A stretch of DNA of 64,000 nucleotides, from NCBI GenBank assembly GCA_963708295.1, contig CAVPSJ010000004.1, positions 352,001 through 416,000 of the forward strand, written 5' to 3'. Below the pieces are notes generated by a model, which had not been told where the DNA came from, ran no database searches, and saw only the letters and a list, made by a program, of their open reading frames with translations. Below are positions 42,800 to 52,040 of this stretch, piece after piece. Position 1 is the first letter of the stretch. Every line of letters begins with the position of its first letter. Source of the DNA: an uncultured delta proteobacterium (GTDB taxonomy: Bacteria; Desulfobacterota; BSN033; UBA1163). Both the position numbers and the translations under genes were made by a program.

Positions 42800-44134
42800 C
42801 TATTTGTTCTCTCCGCTGATGCTTTTGAAAATGTCCCAACTCTTGAGGAGCTCAAGCGCTCGTTCCAGTTGATTATCCACTGGCTTTTTCTCTTTGACCT
42901 CTTCTTTCTTGGGCTTCTCTTTCTCTTTGGTTCCCCCCTTTTCTACGTCCATCAGATGTCTCTCCAGATCCTTTTCCGCGGGGAGCTTGGGGGGAATGAT
43001 TTCCTTCTCCTCCTCGGGTTTTGAAAGTTTAACGATGATATCAGGGACAATCCCTTTGGCTTGGATGGAGCGGCCGCTGGGAGTATAGTATCTTGCGGTC
43101 GTCAGCCTCAACCCTGATCCGTCCTTCAATGGGATGATGGTTTGGACCGACCCCTTTCCAAAGGTCTGAGTTCCGACGAGGATGCCACGGCCATGGTCTT
43201 GAAGGGCTCCTGCCACGATCTCCGCACCACTCGCGCTTCCGCCGTTGATCAAGACGACCAGAGGATAGTGAGAAACGTTCCCATCCGCGCGGGCATTGAA
43301 TTTCATTTTCTGATCCTCTTTTCTGCCCTCCACTGAAACAATCAGTCCAGATTCGATGAACCGATCTGATATTTTGACGGCCTGGTCCAAGAGGCCTCCA
43401 GGGTTATTTCGAAGATCGAGAATCAGACCCTTCAGGGCTCCCTTGCCCTCTTCCTCCAAGCCCTTCATCGCCTTCTCGAATTCAGCGTCTGTTTTCTCCT
43501 GAAACTGTGAGAGGCGAATATAGCCATATTTTTTTTCTAGTAATTCATAGCGGACACTTCGGACGGGGATGACATCCCGGACTAACGTGAAGTCTTTAGG
43601 TTTCGCCAGGCCCTCACGCATGATGGTGATCGTGACTTTGGTTCCTCTCGGGCCTCGCAATCGTTTTACACTATCCATGAGGGTGAAATTTTTTGTCATC
43701 TCTCCATCGATCTTAATAATTTGATCCCCCGCCAGGACCCCGGCCCGATACGCCGGAGTACCTTCAATGGGAGAGACCACGGTGAGAACGCCTTCCTTTG
43801 CGGTGATCTCGATTCCCAATCCTTCAAACCGGCCTCTCGTTTCCTCCTGCATTTCTTTATACGTATTAGGCGGCATGAAACCGGAATGAGGGTCTAAGGT
43901 TTCCAGCATCCCTTTGATCGCTCCGTAAACCAGGTCCTTTGATTTCGTCTCTTCGACATAATCCTTCTGGATGAGACCGATGACATCCGTAAAAACTTTC
44001 AGGTCTTCATACATATCGTTAGAAAGGGCTGAAACCTTTTGAGATTGACCCGATCCGATGAGGACCCCGATGAGGAAGACCGCAAAGACTACCGAAACGA
44101 TTTTTAAATTTCCCACTCTTTTCCACTGAGACAT
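42800..44134 (-). CDS. ctpA: S41 carboxy-terminal processing protease (CtpA)
   Basis: LDPHS, PDZ domain, DLRNNPGG, SASGAEI, TFGKGSVQ; start at ATG 44134 after GGAGG. Confidence 0.92.
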   Translation of the reverse strand: MSQWKRVGNLKIVSVVFAVFLIGVLIGSGQSQKVSALSNDMYEDLKVFTDVIGLIQKDYVEETKSKDLVYGAIKGMLETLDPHSGFMPPNTYKEMQEETRGRFEGLGIEITAKEGVLTVVSPIEGTPAYRAGVLAGDQIIKIDGEMTKNFTLMDSVKRLRGPRGTKVTITIMREGLAKPKDFTLVRDVIPVRSVRYELLEKKYGYIRLSQFQEKTDAEFEKAMKGLEEEGKGALKGLILDLRNNPGGLLDQAVKISDRFIESGLIVSVEGRKEDQKMKFNARADGNVSHYPLVVLINGGSASGAEIVAGALQDHGRGILVGTQTFGKGSVQTIIPLKDGSGLRLTTARYYTPSGRSIQAKGIVPDIIVKLSKPEEEKEIIPPKLPAEKDLERHLMDVEKGGTKEKEKPKKEEVKEKKPVDNQLERALELLKSWDIFKSISGENK

Positions 44135-44145
44135 ATAACCCTCCT

Positions 44146-45354
44146 TTAGTGTCCTTTCTTCCCCTCCTCTGGGAGGGAAACGACTCGATCGGACTGACCG
44201 AGCCATTCCATCGGATCTTGAGGTTTCCCGTGACGCCGAATCTCGAAGTAGAGACACGGACCTTTCAACGATCCCGAGCTTCCGACTAACGCGATCGTTT
44301 CCCCCTGGGAGACAGCGTCCCCCGACTTCTTCAAGAGTTCGGAACAGTAACCCGAGACGGTGAAGGTGTGATCCCCATGGTCGATGATCACAATGTTTCC
44401 AAACCCCTTGAACCAGTCCGCATAGAGAACTTTTCCGGAGAGGACCGCCCGAATCTTGGCTCCTATCGCAGCCTTGATTTCAACTCCATTCTGCCCTTTC
44501 TCCTTGAACGAACTGATCACTTTTCCCTGGACGGGCGGCGTCAATTTTCCCCTGAGGATCTCGTGTTTTTGCTTCCCGTAAGCCAGGAGGCTTTTCTCCT
44601 GTTCGAGTTTATCGACAAAAGTTTGAAGCTCTTTCGCTCTCTCCTCTAATTCCAATATCACCTTCTGGTAAACCACCTTCTGGTTCTGAATAGACTTAAG
44701 CAATACCCTTTTCTCCCCGCTGACCTCGGTCATCTCCTTCTTCTTTTTCTCTATTTCAGAAATACTGCGTTGCCATTGCAACTGATCCTGAATCAACTCC
44801 TCCTGATATCGTTCTTTCAAAACCACTTGATAACGATAGGTCTCCACCAGGCGGGCGTCGTAATCAATAATCACCCTTAAATATTTATCAAGCCTCAATA
44901 GATCGGGGTAAGACTGTGAAGTGAGAAGGAGTCCCTCTTTCCGAACCCTTCCCATCTTATAAAGCGCAATCAGCCTCGAAAAAAGTTCCTCTTTGGTTCG
45001 TTCCATTCCCGCGCCAAGGAGGACGATCTGGCGTTTTGTCTGATGAAGTCTCTCACGGGTTCGGGACAAAGGCGTCTCCATCTGTTTTAATTCCTTTTCC
45101 TTCTGGTAGAGCTCTGCTTCCAGGAGATGGAGATTCTCAAGGATGGAGGATTCTTTTCCCCGAACCTCTTTTTCCTTCTTCTTGGTCAAGGTGATTTCTT
45201 TCTTAATGTCCTTAAGGTCCTTCTTCTTTTGAGTGATGTCCTTTTCCATCTGATCAGCCTGGACGGCCCAGGCGTCAGGCGTCCCGAAGAAAAGCATCCC
45301 TCCGATCAGGAAGCATCCAATCGCCATCCATCTCCAACTCAACCACTCTTTCAT
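44146..45354 (-). CDS. envC: murein hydrolase activator EnvC (coiled coil plus degenerate M23)
   Basis: Signal peptide, long coiled coil, LYFEIR C-terminal M23 domain; ATG overlaps the ftsX stop. Confidence 0.85.
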   Translation of the reverse strand: MKEWLSWRWMAIGCFLIGGMLFFGTPDAWAVQADQMEKDITQKKKDLKDIKKEITLTKKKEKEVRGKESSILENLHLLEAELYQKEKELKQMETPLSRTRERLHQTKRQIVLLGAGMERTKEELFSRLIALYKMGRVRKEGLLLTSQSYPDLLRLDKYLRVIIDYDARLVETYRYQVVLKERYQEELIQDQLQWQRSISEIEKKKKEMTEVSGEKRVLLKSIQNQKVVYQKVILELEERAKELQTFVDKLEQEKSLLAYGKQKHEILRGKLTPPVQGKVISSFKEKGQNGVEIKAAIGAKIRAVLSGKVLYADWFKGFGNIVIIDHGDHTFTVSGYCSELLKKSGDAVSQGETIALVGSSGSLKGPCLYFEIRRHGKPQDPMEWLGQSDRVVSLPEEGKKGH

Positions 45355-46250
45355 TTGTATCTCAGAACCCTCATCGAAGCGACGAAACTGCCGAAAAAAC
45401 CGAGGACCATTCCCCCCGATAATATCCAGGCAATCGTCTCCGGTGGTAGAAAAAGGACCGGGATCTTTTCCAACCACGCTTGCATCGACGGAGGGATGTA
45501 AAGGAAAAGCCCTCGATGTAATAAAAAGAGAAAAAGAATCGCGAATCCTCCTCCGAGGAGGCCTTGAAGAAGTCCTTCCACGTAAAAAGGGACCCGGATA
45601 AATCCGGAACTCGCTCCCACCCAGTGCATGACTTCGATCTCTTCCCGACGGGAGGAGATGGATAATTGCAGCGCGTTGGAAATGATGAATACAATCCCGA
45701 TGAGGAGAAGCCCTCCGAGTATCCATTGGGTGAGACGAAGGATGTGGACGAGCACGGAAAATGTCTCTACCCACTCTTGGCCGTACTGAATCTCCTCGAA
45801 CTGGGGAATTTTTTCTAAATCCCTGACCACCTCTTTGATCTTTGTAGAATTCCGATAATCCTTCTTCAACTGAATTTCGAAAGAAGGGGGAAGGACCGTG
45901 GGTTGAATCCCCTGGAGCAGGCTCTTTTGTCTGCCCAATTTCGTTCCCATAAAATCCATCGCATCATAGGGGGAGACATATCTTACGACCTCTATCCCTT
46001 CAAGAAGACGAGTTTTATTTAGCAGAGGTTCCACCTCGCGTGAGGACGTCCCTTGCTTCAGGTAGGCAAGGATCTCGATCTTGTCTTCCCAGATTTTGAG
46101 GACGTTGGTCAGATTGAAGGCGATCAACGTAAATGCCGAGAAGATGAGCATGGAGACGACGATGATGCTGATGGTGATGAAATTTGGGAATAAGTTCTCC
46201 CTCATGTTTTGAAAAGTCCGTCTGATCGCATACAGGAAAGAAAACCTCAT
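45351..46250 (-). CDS. ftsX: cell division permease FtsX
   Basis: 4-TM topology, RREEIEVM..VGA...IRVPF..EG; operon context. Confidence 0.88.
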   Translation of the reverse strand: MRFSFLYAIRRTFQNMRENLFPNFITISIIVVSMLIFSAFTLIAFNLTNVLKIWEDKIEILAYLKQGTSSREVEPLLNKTRLLEGIEVVRYVSPYDAMDFMGTKLGRQKSLLQGIQPTVLPPSFEIQLKKDYRNSTKIKEVVRDLEKIPQFEEIQYGQEWVETFSVLVHILRLTQWILGGLLLIGIVFIISNALQLSISSRREEIEVMHWVGASSGFIRVPFYVEGLLQGLLGGGFAILFLFLLHRGLFLYIPPSMQAWLEKIPVLFLPPETIAWILSGGMVLGFFGSFVASMRVLRYK

Positions 46251-46960
46251 TCCCCTGGTTTCACCTCTGCAGTTGGAGTGATCTCCACCTTTCTCCCGTT
46301 CAGGATTTGCCCGTTGACAATTCGAATGATACGATAAGTATAACGTTTCACCAGCCCTGTAAATTGAGTTGCAAACACGATCGTGGTTCCCTTTTGTTGC
46401 AGACCGGTGAAGATCTCCATCATGTCAAGGGTCATCTTGGCGTCTAAATTCCCGGTGGGCTCATCGGCGAGAATGAGGGGCGGGGAATTGACCAGTGCCC
46501 TTGCGATCGCCACTCGCTGCTGCTCACCGGCGGAGAGCGCGAGAATCGGGGCCTCCTCCCTCTCTCCCAGCCCGACTCGGCTCAACATTTCCGAGGCTCG
46601 AAGTTTCGATTCCTTCCGGGTATGACCCGTAACTTCGAGAGCGAAGGCGACATTTTCATTTACGGTCCGGTCCCTGAGCAGTTTGAAATCTTGGGAAATG
46701 ATTCCCATCGTCCTCCTCAATTGATAGATTTTCTTGAAATTGGGCCCGGTAAGATGCATTCCACAAACGATTACCTCGCCACTCGTCGGCTTTTCCGCGT
46801 AGGAGAGGAGTCGAAGAAGCGTACTTTTCCCGGAACCGCTGGGACCGGCAATGAACGTGAATTCTCCTGGTGGGATTTCCAGGGTAATCTCCGAAAGCGC
46901 ACAGATCTGGCTTGGATAGATCTTAGAAACATGATCCATCACAATGATCGCTTCACTCAT
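46247..46960 (-). CDS. ftsE: cell division ATP-binding protein FtsE
   Basis: GPSGSGKS, QDFKLL, LSAGEQQR, ADEPTGNLD; upstream of ftsX. Confidence 0.85.
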   Translation of the reverse strand: MSEAIIVMDHVSKIYPSQICALSEITLEIPPGEFTFIAGPSGSGKSTLLRLLSYAEKPTSGEVIVCGMHLTGPNFKKIYQLRRTMGIISQDFKLLRDRTVNENVAFALEVTGHTRKESKLRASEMLSRVGLGEREEAPILALSAGEQQRVAIARALVNSPPLILADEPTGNLDAKMTLDMMEIFTGLQQKGTTIVFATQFTGLVKRYTYRIIRIVNGQILNGRKVEITPTAEVKPGE

Positions 46961-47145
46961 GATTTAAACAAAACTAACACGACTCCTCATTTTTTTCAAG
47001 AAAATTAGGGGGTTAATAATTTAGAGTTGAAGTTTCTTAACAAGTTCATGGCCTTGACAAGAAAGGTTTTCACGATTAATTATATAAGTAGAGATACCGA
47101 ATTGGATTTGCAGGCAACCCTTTGCGGGGAAGCTGAGTGAAAGAG

Positions 47146-47182
47146 AGAGCGCTTTGGGTTGCCGGGGCGCTTTTCGTTTTTG
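47146..47182 (+). terminator. terminator-like hairpin in the leader of the SPW-repeat gene
   Basis: AGAGCGCTTTGG-GTTG-CCGGGGCGCTTT followed by TCGTTTTT directly before the RBS. Confidence 0.5.
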
Positions 47183-47197
47183 AGGAGGTGAATTCAT

Positions 47198-47431
47198 ATG
47201 AAAAGCCTATTCTACTCATGGATGGTTTTTCAATTGCTCATAGGCATCTGGTTATTCATTTCGCCCTTTGTTTTTGGTTTCGGAGACACTGATTTTGCGA
47301 CGAGTAATATGATCTTCGGGGCGATTGTAGTCATCCTTGGAGTCGGAACTTTCTTTTATGAGCTGTACCACAAGGAGAGGTTTGAGAGGGAAACAGTGGC
47401 CGGGATGGAACATGCCAAGGAGAAGGCTTGA
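47198..47431 (+). CDS. SPW-repeat small membrane protein
   Basis: LLIGIWLFISPFVFGF motif, two TM helices; RBS GAGGAGGTG. Confidence 0.75.
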   Translation: MKSLFYSWMVFQLLIGIWLFISPFVFGFGDTDFATSNMIFGAIVVILGVGTFFYELYHKERFERETVAGMEHAKEKA

Positions 47432-47577
47432 CCCTCGGATAAAGAGGGGATGCTCCCCCGAAACCCAAGATTAAAACCTTCGAGCTAAAGCTCGAAGGTT
47501 TTTTATTCCAATGTCCTAAAACCATCAGGCGGCCAAATATTTCACTTCGCAATGGCCTGAAAACCATCCTGTCTTCT

Positions 47578-48270
47578 CTATTTCTTATTTTCCTGTTTAT
47601 TCTCTTGCTTATTCTCCTGGACAGAGATCAGCTCGATTTCAAAAATCAGGGTAGCATTGGGTCCGATGAGGCCGCCCGCTCCGCGCTCGCCATACGCAAG
47701 ATTCGGTGGGATGAACAGCTCCCATTTCGCGCCCTCGGCCATAAGTTGCATCGCTTCCGTCCAGCCGGGAATCACTCCCGAAACAGGAAAGTTCGCGGGT
47801 TGCCCGCGGCGGAAAGAGCTATCAAATTCGGTGCCATCAATCAGAGTTCCTCGATAATTCACCGTTACAGCATCGTTCAACTTGGGCTTCTTGCCGGTTC
47901 CTGCTTTGATGACCTTATACTGCAGGCCGCTTGGCAGGGTTTTGACGCCTTCCTTCTTTTTGTTTTCAGAAAGGAAAGTTTCTCCCCGTTGCTTCTGCTT
48001 TTCCGCTATTTCTTTCTGAAAGGCAGCCATGGTTCCCTGAATTTCCTCTTTGCTCAATAGGGGTTTCTCCCCGGAAAGGGCATCCTGAATCCCCCTTGCA
48101 AGACTATTCGGATCGACATCGACCGATTGTCTCTTGAGATTACTCCCGATGTCCATGCCGATGATGTAGCTCACTTTTTCCTTCTGGTTCTTCAACGCCG
48201 GCTTCTCCTGTGCATTCACCTGGGTTGCCAAAAACAGAATCCCTAGGATCACGACCATTCTTAATTTCAT
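47578..48270 (-). CDS. FKBP-type peptidyl-prolyl isomerase (Mip/FkpA)
   Basis: SYIIG, LPSGLQY, YRGTLIDGTEFDSS, VIPGW, LAYG. Confidence 0.95.
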   Translation of the reverse strand: MKLRMVVILGILFLATQVNAQEKPALKNQKEKVSYIIGMDIGSNLKRQSVDVDPNSLARGIQDALSGEKPLLSKEEIQGTMAAFQKEIAEKQKQRGETFLSENKKKEGVKTLPSGLQYKVIKAGTGKKPKLNDAVTVNYRGTLIDGTEFDSSFRRGQPANFPVSGVIPGWTEAMQLMAEGAKWELFIPPNLAYGERGAGGLIGPNATLIFEIELISVQENKQENKQENKK

Positions 48271-48454
48271 TCAAATTCCTTCCCTTTCATTTATTTCTTC
48301 TTTAGAAAACCAATCCACTTCATCATAACCCACCCCATCCCCTTCGTGTCAAACTGATACGGACGCAACTAAATCCTTCATATTTGCGCCCCCCACTCTT
48401 CCCTTCCTCCCCACCTAGATTGTGTCATGATGGGGAGAAGAGGCGGAAATTCTA

Positions 48455-48626
48455 AGAAACGGTACAAACAGGCGGGTGAAAAAGCTTTAGAGCGCAACCT
48501 TTGAAGCATGAGACTCAGGTCTTCAAGTCCATGAAAAGAGTGACTTTCTTGTGGCAACGATAATGTCCTCTGACCTTAAACGTGGGCATTCTAAAGCTTT
48601 GGAATCCGGTTGTTTGTACCGTTTCT
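48455..48626. repeat. ~170-bp MITE-like element
   Basis: Perfect 16-bp terminal inverted repeat AGAAACGGTACAAACA...TGTTTGTACCGTTTCT and inner AAAGCTTTAGA...TCTAAAGCTTT. Confidence 0.65.
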
Positions 48627-48710
48627 CCCTTCCGCCGATGACAACACAGTCTCCTAGGGAGAGGGCGGGGTAAGCCAAATGTCAAGGTTGTTTCTACGCT
48701 TGTATTAAGT

Positions 48711-49187
48711 TTATCTCGATTTGGTGATCGTGCAGACCGTCATATCGAGGGCTTTAATCAAATTCCCCGGGGAGATAAAAATTTGGGAGCCCCGAACCCC
48801 GGCACTGATCGAAACAAAGGGAAACCTCATCGCACTCTCATCCAAGAAAATGGGATAGCGTTTCTTGGCCCCAATCGGCGAGACACCTCCCCGGATATAG
48901 CCTGTTAATGGCTGGATCTCTCCGAGATGAACCATTTCTACGTTTTTATTACCGCTCACCGTCGCCATCGCTTTCAAATCGAGCTCTGCATTCCCCGGAA
49001 TGCAGGCCATGAACACTCCTGTCCTGTCTCCGCGGGCGACCAAAGTTTTAAATACTTGCTCTAAAGGGAGATTCACCTTTCTCGCAACGCTTTCAGCGCT
49101 GAGATCAGACTCATCGACGTCATATTCCATAAGCTTGTAATCGATCCTAAGACTATCCAGATATCTTGCTGCATTCGTTTTTTTCAT
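48711..49187 (-). CDS. ybaK: Cys-tRNA(Pro) deacylase
   Basis: KTNAARYL, VFKTL, TGYIRGGVSPIG, SAGVRG. Confidence 0.92.
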   Translation of the reverse strand: MKKTNAARYLDSLRIDYKLMEYDVDESDLSAESVARKVNLPLEQVFKTLVARGDRTGVFMACIPGNAELDLKAMATVSGNKNVEMVHLGEIQPLTGYIRGGVSPIGAKKRYPIFLDESAMRFPFVSISAGVRGSQIFISPGNLIKALDMTVCTITKSR

Positions 49188-49294
49188 GGTCTGAAACCGT
49201 GGTATTCTGAATCAGAAATACCCTCGCCTAAAACCTTTCCTATTCCTATGATATCCATCGTTGGAGTTTTTAACATCATTTCTGAGATCAGCTA

Positions 49295-50110
49295 CTAGCG
49301 AAAGAGTTGTCTGATCTCCTCAACATATTCGGGGAAGGGAGCAGGGGTGAAGGAAAGAAAAAATGCCAGGAACGCGACACCCCCCATTATTTTTCTTTTC
49401 CAATCCAGAGGCGTAATGTCATCGATTGGGGGTGGATGCCGAAAGCCGAACAGGATAATCAGAATGAGGAGGAGGAACCAGCCCGGATTGTAAAATACGG
49501 TGATAAAGGCCATCACAACAATTGCGATCAGGAAGATGACCCGGCTCTTTCTTCCAAAGAGACCATAAGCGATGTGGCCTCCGTCTAACTGTCCGATTGG
49601 AAGGAGGTTCAGTGAAGTGACAAAGAGGCCAACCCACCCGGCAAAACCAATTGGGTGAAGAAAAATCTCATAATTCTCTGAGACCTCTCCTAAGACGAAA
49701 CGCTGGATGAAGGAGAAGAGGAGAGGATCTGCCAGGCGGAGCGCTCCTTCCTTTATGTGAGAGACAGGAACCGCGTTGGAAAGCTTCAATCCGACTATAA
49801 TTGCAGGGATGCTGAGGATAAAACTGGCGAGAGGTCCTGCGACACCGGTGTCGAAAAGGGCCTTTCGAGAAGACACCGTGCTTTCCATGCGAATGACTGC
49901 ACCCAGTGTCCCGAAAGGGGGAAGGGGAAAAGGCAAAAAAAAGGGTAAGGTGGCCCTTACCCCATACCTTCGCGAGATCAAATAATGGCCCATTTCGTGT
50001 CCAAGGAGGATGAGAATAATGGTCAAAGAATAGGCAGGGCCTCCAACGATCCACGTGGAGGCCACTGTCAGGATGAAAAGTATGATGTGGATGGTATATC
50101 TTCGCATCAA
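49295..50110 (-). CDS. site-2 protease (M50)
   Basis: HEMGH, NLLPIGQLDGGH. Confidence 0.92.
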   Translation of the reverse strand: MMRRYTIHIILFILTVASTWIVGGPAYSLTIILILLGHEMGHYLISRRYGVRATLPFFLPFPLPPFGTLGAVIRMESTVSSRKALFDTGVAGPLASFILSIPAIIVGLKLSNAVPVSHIKEGALRLADPLLFSFIQRFVLGEVSENYEIFLHPIGFAGWVGLFVTSLNLLPIGQLDGGHIAYGLFGRKSRVIFLIAIVVMAFITVFYNPGWFLLLILIILFGFRHPPPIDDITPLDWKRKIMGGVAFLAFFLSFTPAPFPEYVEEIRQLFR

Positions 50111-50116
50111 AAACGA

Positions 50117-50206
50117 TTATTTCTTCTTATGGCGATCCCGGTCGAGCTGTTTTTTGTGTTTGTGCTTTCGCATCTTCTTTCGGCGTTTCTTGACCACGCT
50201 TCCCAT
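50117..50206 (-). CDS. small ribosomal protein bS22 (AURKAIP1/COX24/mS38 domain)
   Basis: Manual translation MGSVVKKRRKKMRKHKHKKQLDRDRHKKK; RBS GGGAGGG. Confidence 0.85.
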   Translation of the reverse strand: MGSVVKKRRKKMRKHKHKKQLDRDRHKKK

Positions 50207-50264
50207 GATCTTCCCTCCCTTCTATTCTCCAAACGATCTTTGAAATCATTCCAAACGCATACGA

Positions 50265-50498
50265 TTAATCCACGATCACATTGGTCTGAGTTCTGATCAC
50301 GCCGGAGAGCCCTTGAATCTTGGTGACGATGAAATCCCCAAGAATATTGATATCCGGAGCCTCCACCAGAACGATGACATCATAGGGGCCCGTCGTCGCA
50401 TTGGCTCGCTTCACCCCTTGTATCTTTGACGCTTCCTTCGCCACATCCCTGGCCGCTCCCGCCGTACACTCAATAAAGACATATGCTGAAATCGGCAT
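50265..50498 (-). CDS. Lrp/AsnC ligand-binding domain protein
   Basis: Stand-alone 77-aa domain with TTGPYDVI...IQGLSGVIRTQT. Confidence 0.85.
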   Translation of the reverse strand: MPISAYVFIECTAGAARDVAKEASKIQGVKRANATTGPYDVIVLVEAPDINILGDFIVTKIQGLSGVIRTQTNVIVD

Positions 50499-50584
50499 GC
50501 CCCACCTCCTCCCTGAAGAAGATTATATCAAACCTCATCCGATTTCAAGTCTAAAATGTCTAAAATGTTGTGAAAACGAAAAGA

Positions 50585-50869
50585 CTATTTGAAGAGCAAG
50601 TTCGGTATCCACATCGTTAACCCGGGCCAGTAAGTAATTAAGAGGACGGCGGCAAAATTCACTCCCAAATAAGGAAGGAGGGGTTTGGCGACCTCAGACA
50701 CGTCAACCTTCCCAATGCTGCAGCCGATAAAGACTCCGAGACCGATGGGAGGCAAGAAAAGGCCGATCCCCATATTGGCAATCAGGATGATACCGAAATG
50801 GATCGGATTAATTCCAAACTGGGTCGCGATGGGAAGAAGTATGGGGACGGTCATGATGAGGGCAGGCAC
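50585..50869 (-). pseudogene. TRAP transporter large permease (DctM) C-terminal fragment
   Basis: VPILLP...GINPIHFG...IGLFLPPIG...PGLTMWIP; only ~94 aa, no dctPQ nearby. Confidence 0.75.
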
Positions 50870-50885
50870 TCCTTCCTCCCTCTTT

Positions 50886-51722
50886 CTATTTTACCTTGCT
50901 GAGTTCCTCCTCATCCATGTGGAAACTATGTTGGTCCGTCGGAAAGGTCCCTTTCGACACTTCCTCTCTGTATGAGTCGAAGGCCTTGAGCATCAGTTCA
51001 CTCAGATTGACATAGCGTTTGGCGAATTTAGGGGTAAAACGGTCGAAGAGCCCCAGCATATCATGGACAACCAATACCTGGCCGCCACAATGGACGCCCG
51101 CACCGATGCCAATGGTTGGAACGTTCAGGCGCTCTGTCACCCTCTTTGCAATCGGCGCCGGAACGGCTTCGAGGAGAACCGAGAAAGCCCCGGCATCTTC
51201 CAGCGACAGGGCGTCATCGATGATCTTCTGCGCCGCCCGGGCATCTTTGCCTTGAACCTTAAACCCCCCAAGCATGGAAATCGTCTGAGGTGTCAGCCCG
51301 ATATGGCCCATCACCGGAATGCCCGCTTTGACGATGGCTCTCACGGTTTCCTTGACGCTGGCGCCTCCCTCCAACTTCACCGCATCGGCGCCTCCCTCTT
51401 TCATAAACCGGCCAGCATTGAGAATGGCCTCCCTCTCAGAAGCGTTATAGGACATAAACGGCATATCGCCGATGATCAGAGCAATCTTGGCCCCCCGGGA
51501 GACAGCTTTGGTATGGTGAATCATCTCCTCCATGGTGACCGGAACGGTATTCTCGTAACCCAGCACGGTCATCCCCAAGGAGTCTCCTACCAGAATGATC
51601 TCAATTCCCGCCCGGTCTTCGAGAAGGGCCGTGGGATAGTCGTAAGCCGTCAGCATGGCGATTCTCTTTCCCTCTCTTTTCATGGCCTGAACATCTACCG
51701 GGGTGATCTTTTTACGGTCCAT
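50886..51722 (-). CDS. panB: 3-methyl-2-oxobutanoate hydroxymethyltransferase
   Basis: MLTAYD, LVGDSLG, DMPF, KLEGG, GHIGLTPQ. Confidence 0.95.
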   Translation of the reverse strand: MDRKKITPVDVQAMKREGKRIAMLTAYDYPTALLEDRAGIEIILVGDSLGMTVLGYENTVPVTMEEMIHHTKAVSRGAKIALIIGDMPFMSYNASEREAILNAGRFMKEGGADAVKLEGGASVKETVRAIVKAGIPVMGHIGLTPQTISMLGGFKVQGKDARAAQKIIDDALSLEDAGAFSVLLEAVPAPIAKRVTERLNVPTIGIGAGVHCGGQVLVVHDMLGLFDRFTPKFAKRYVNLSELMLKAFDSYREEVSKGTFPTDQHSFHMDEEELSKVK

Positions 51723-51741
51723 CTTGTCCTCCCTTTTTTTC

Positions 51742-52040
51742 AAATCCGAAATTCGAAGCACGAAATCCGAAACAAATCTGAATTTTCAAACGAATGCAAG
51801 CGCGTTAAATAATTTGTCATTGCGAGGAAGGAATTGCGAGGCGAAGCCGTGGCAAACCCGGAGATTCTTCACTTTGTTCGGAACAGGCTCTCAATCCCAA
51901 GAAAATCGAGATTGCCACGCCCTTTGGCTCGCAATGACATGTCAATAGTTCAAATGCGTTTGTATCAGCAACAATTTAAACAAACAGAAACGTTTATTAC
52001 TTTGATATTTGAATTTGTTTCGAGCTTCGAATTTCGAATT
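51742..52040. repeat. nested inverted-repeat composite (heptamer arms around a REP-like core)
   Basis: AAATCCG/AAATTCG-type heptamers on the left, TTCGAAT/TTTCGAG on the right; core TGTCATTGCGAG...CTCGCAATGACA at ~51815-51939. Confidence 0.6.
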
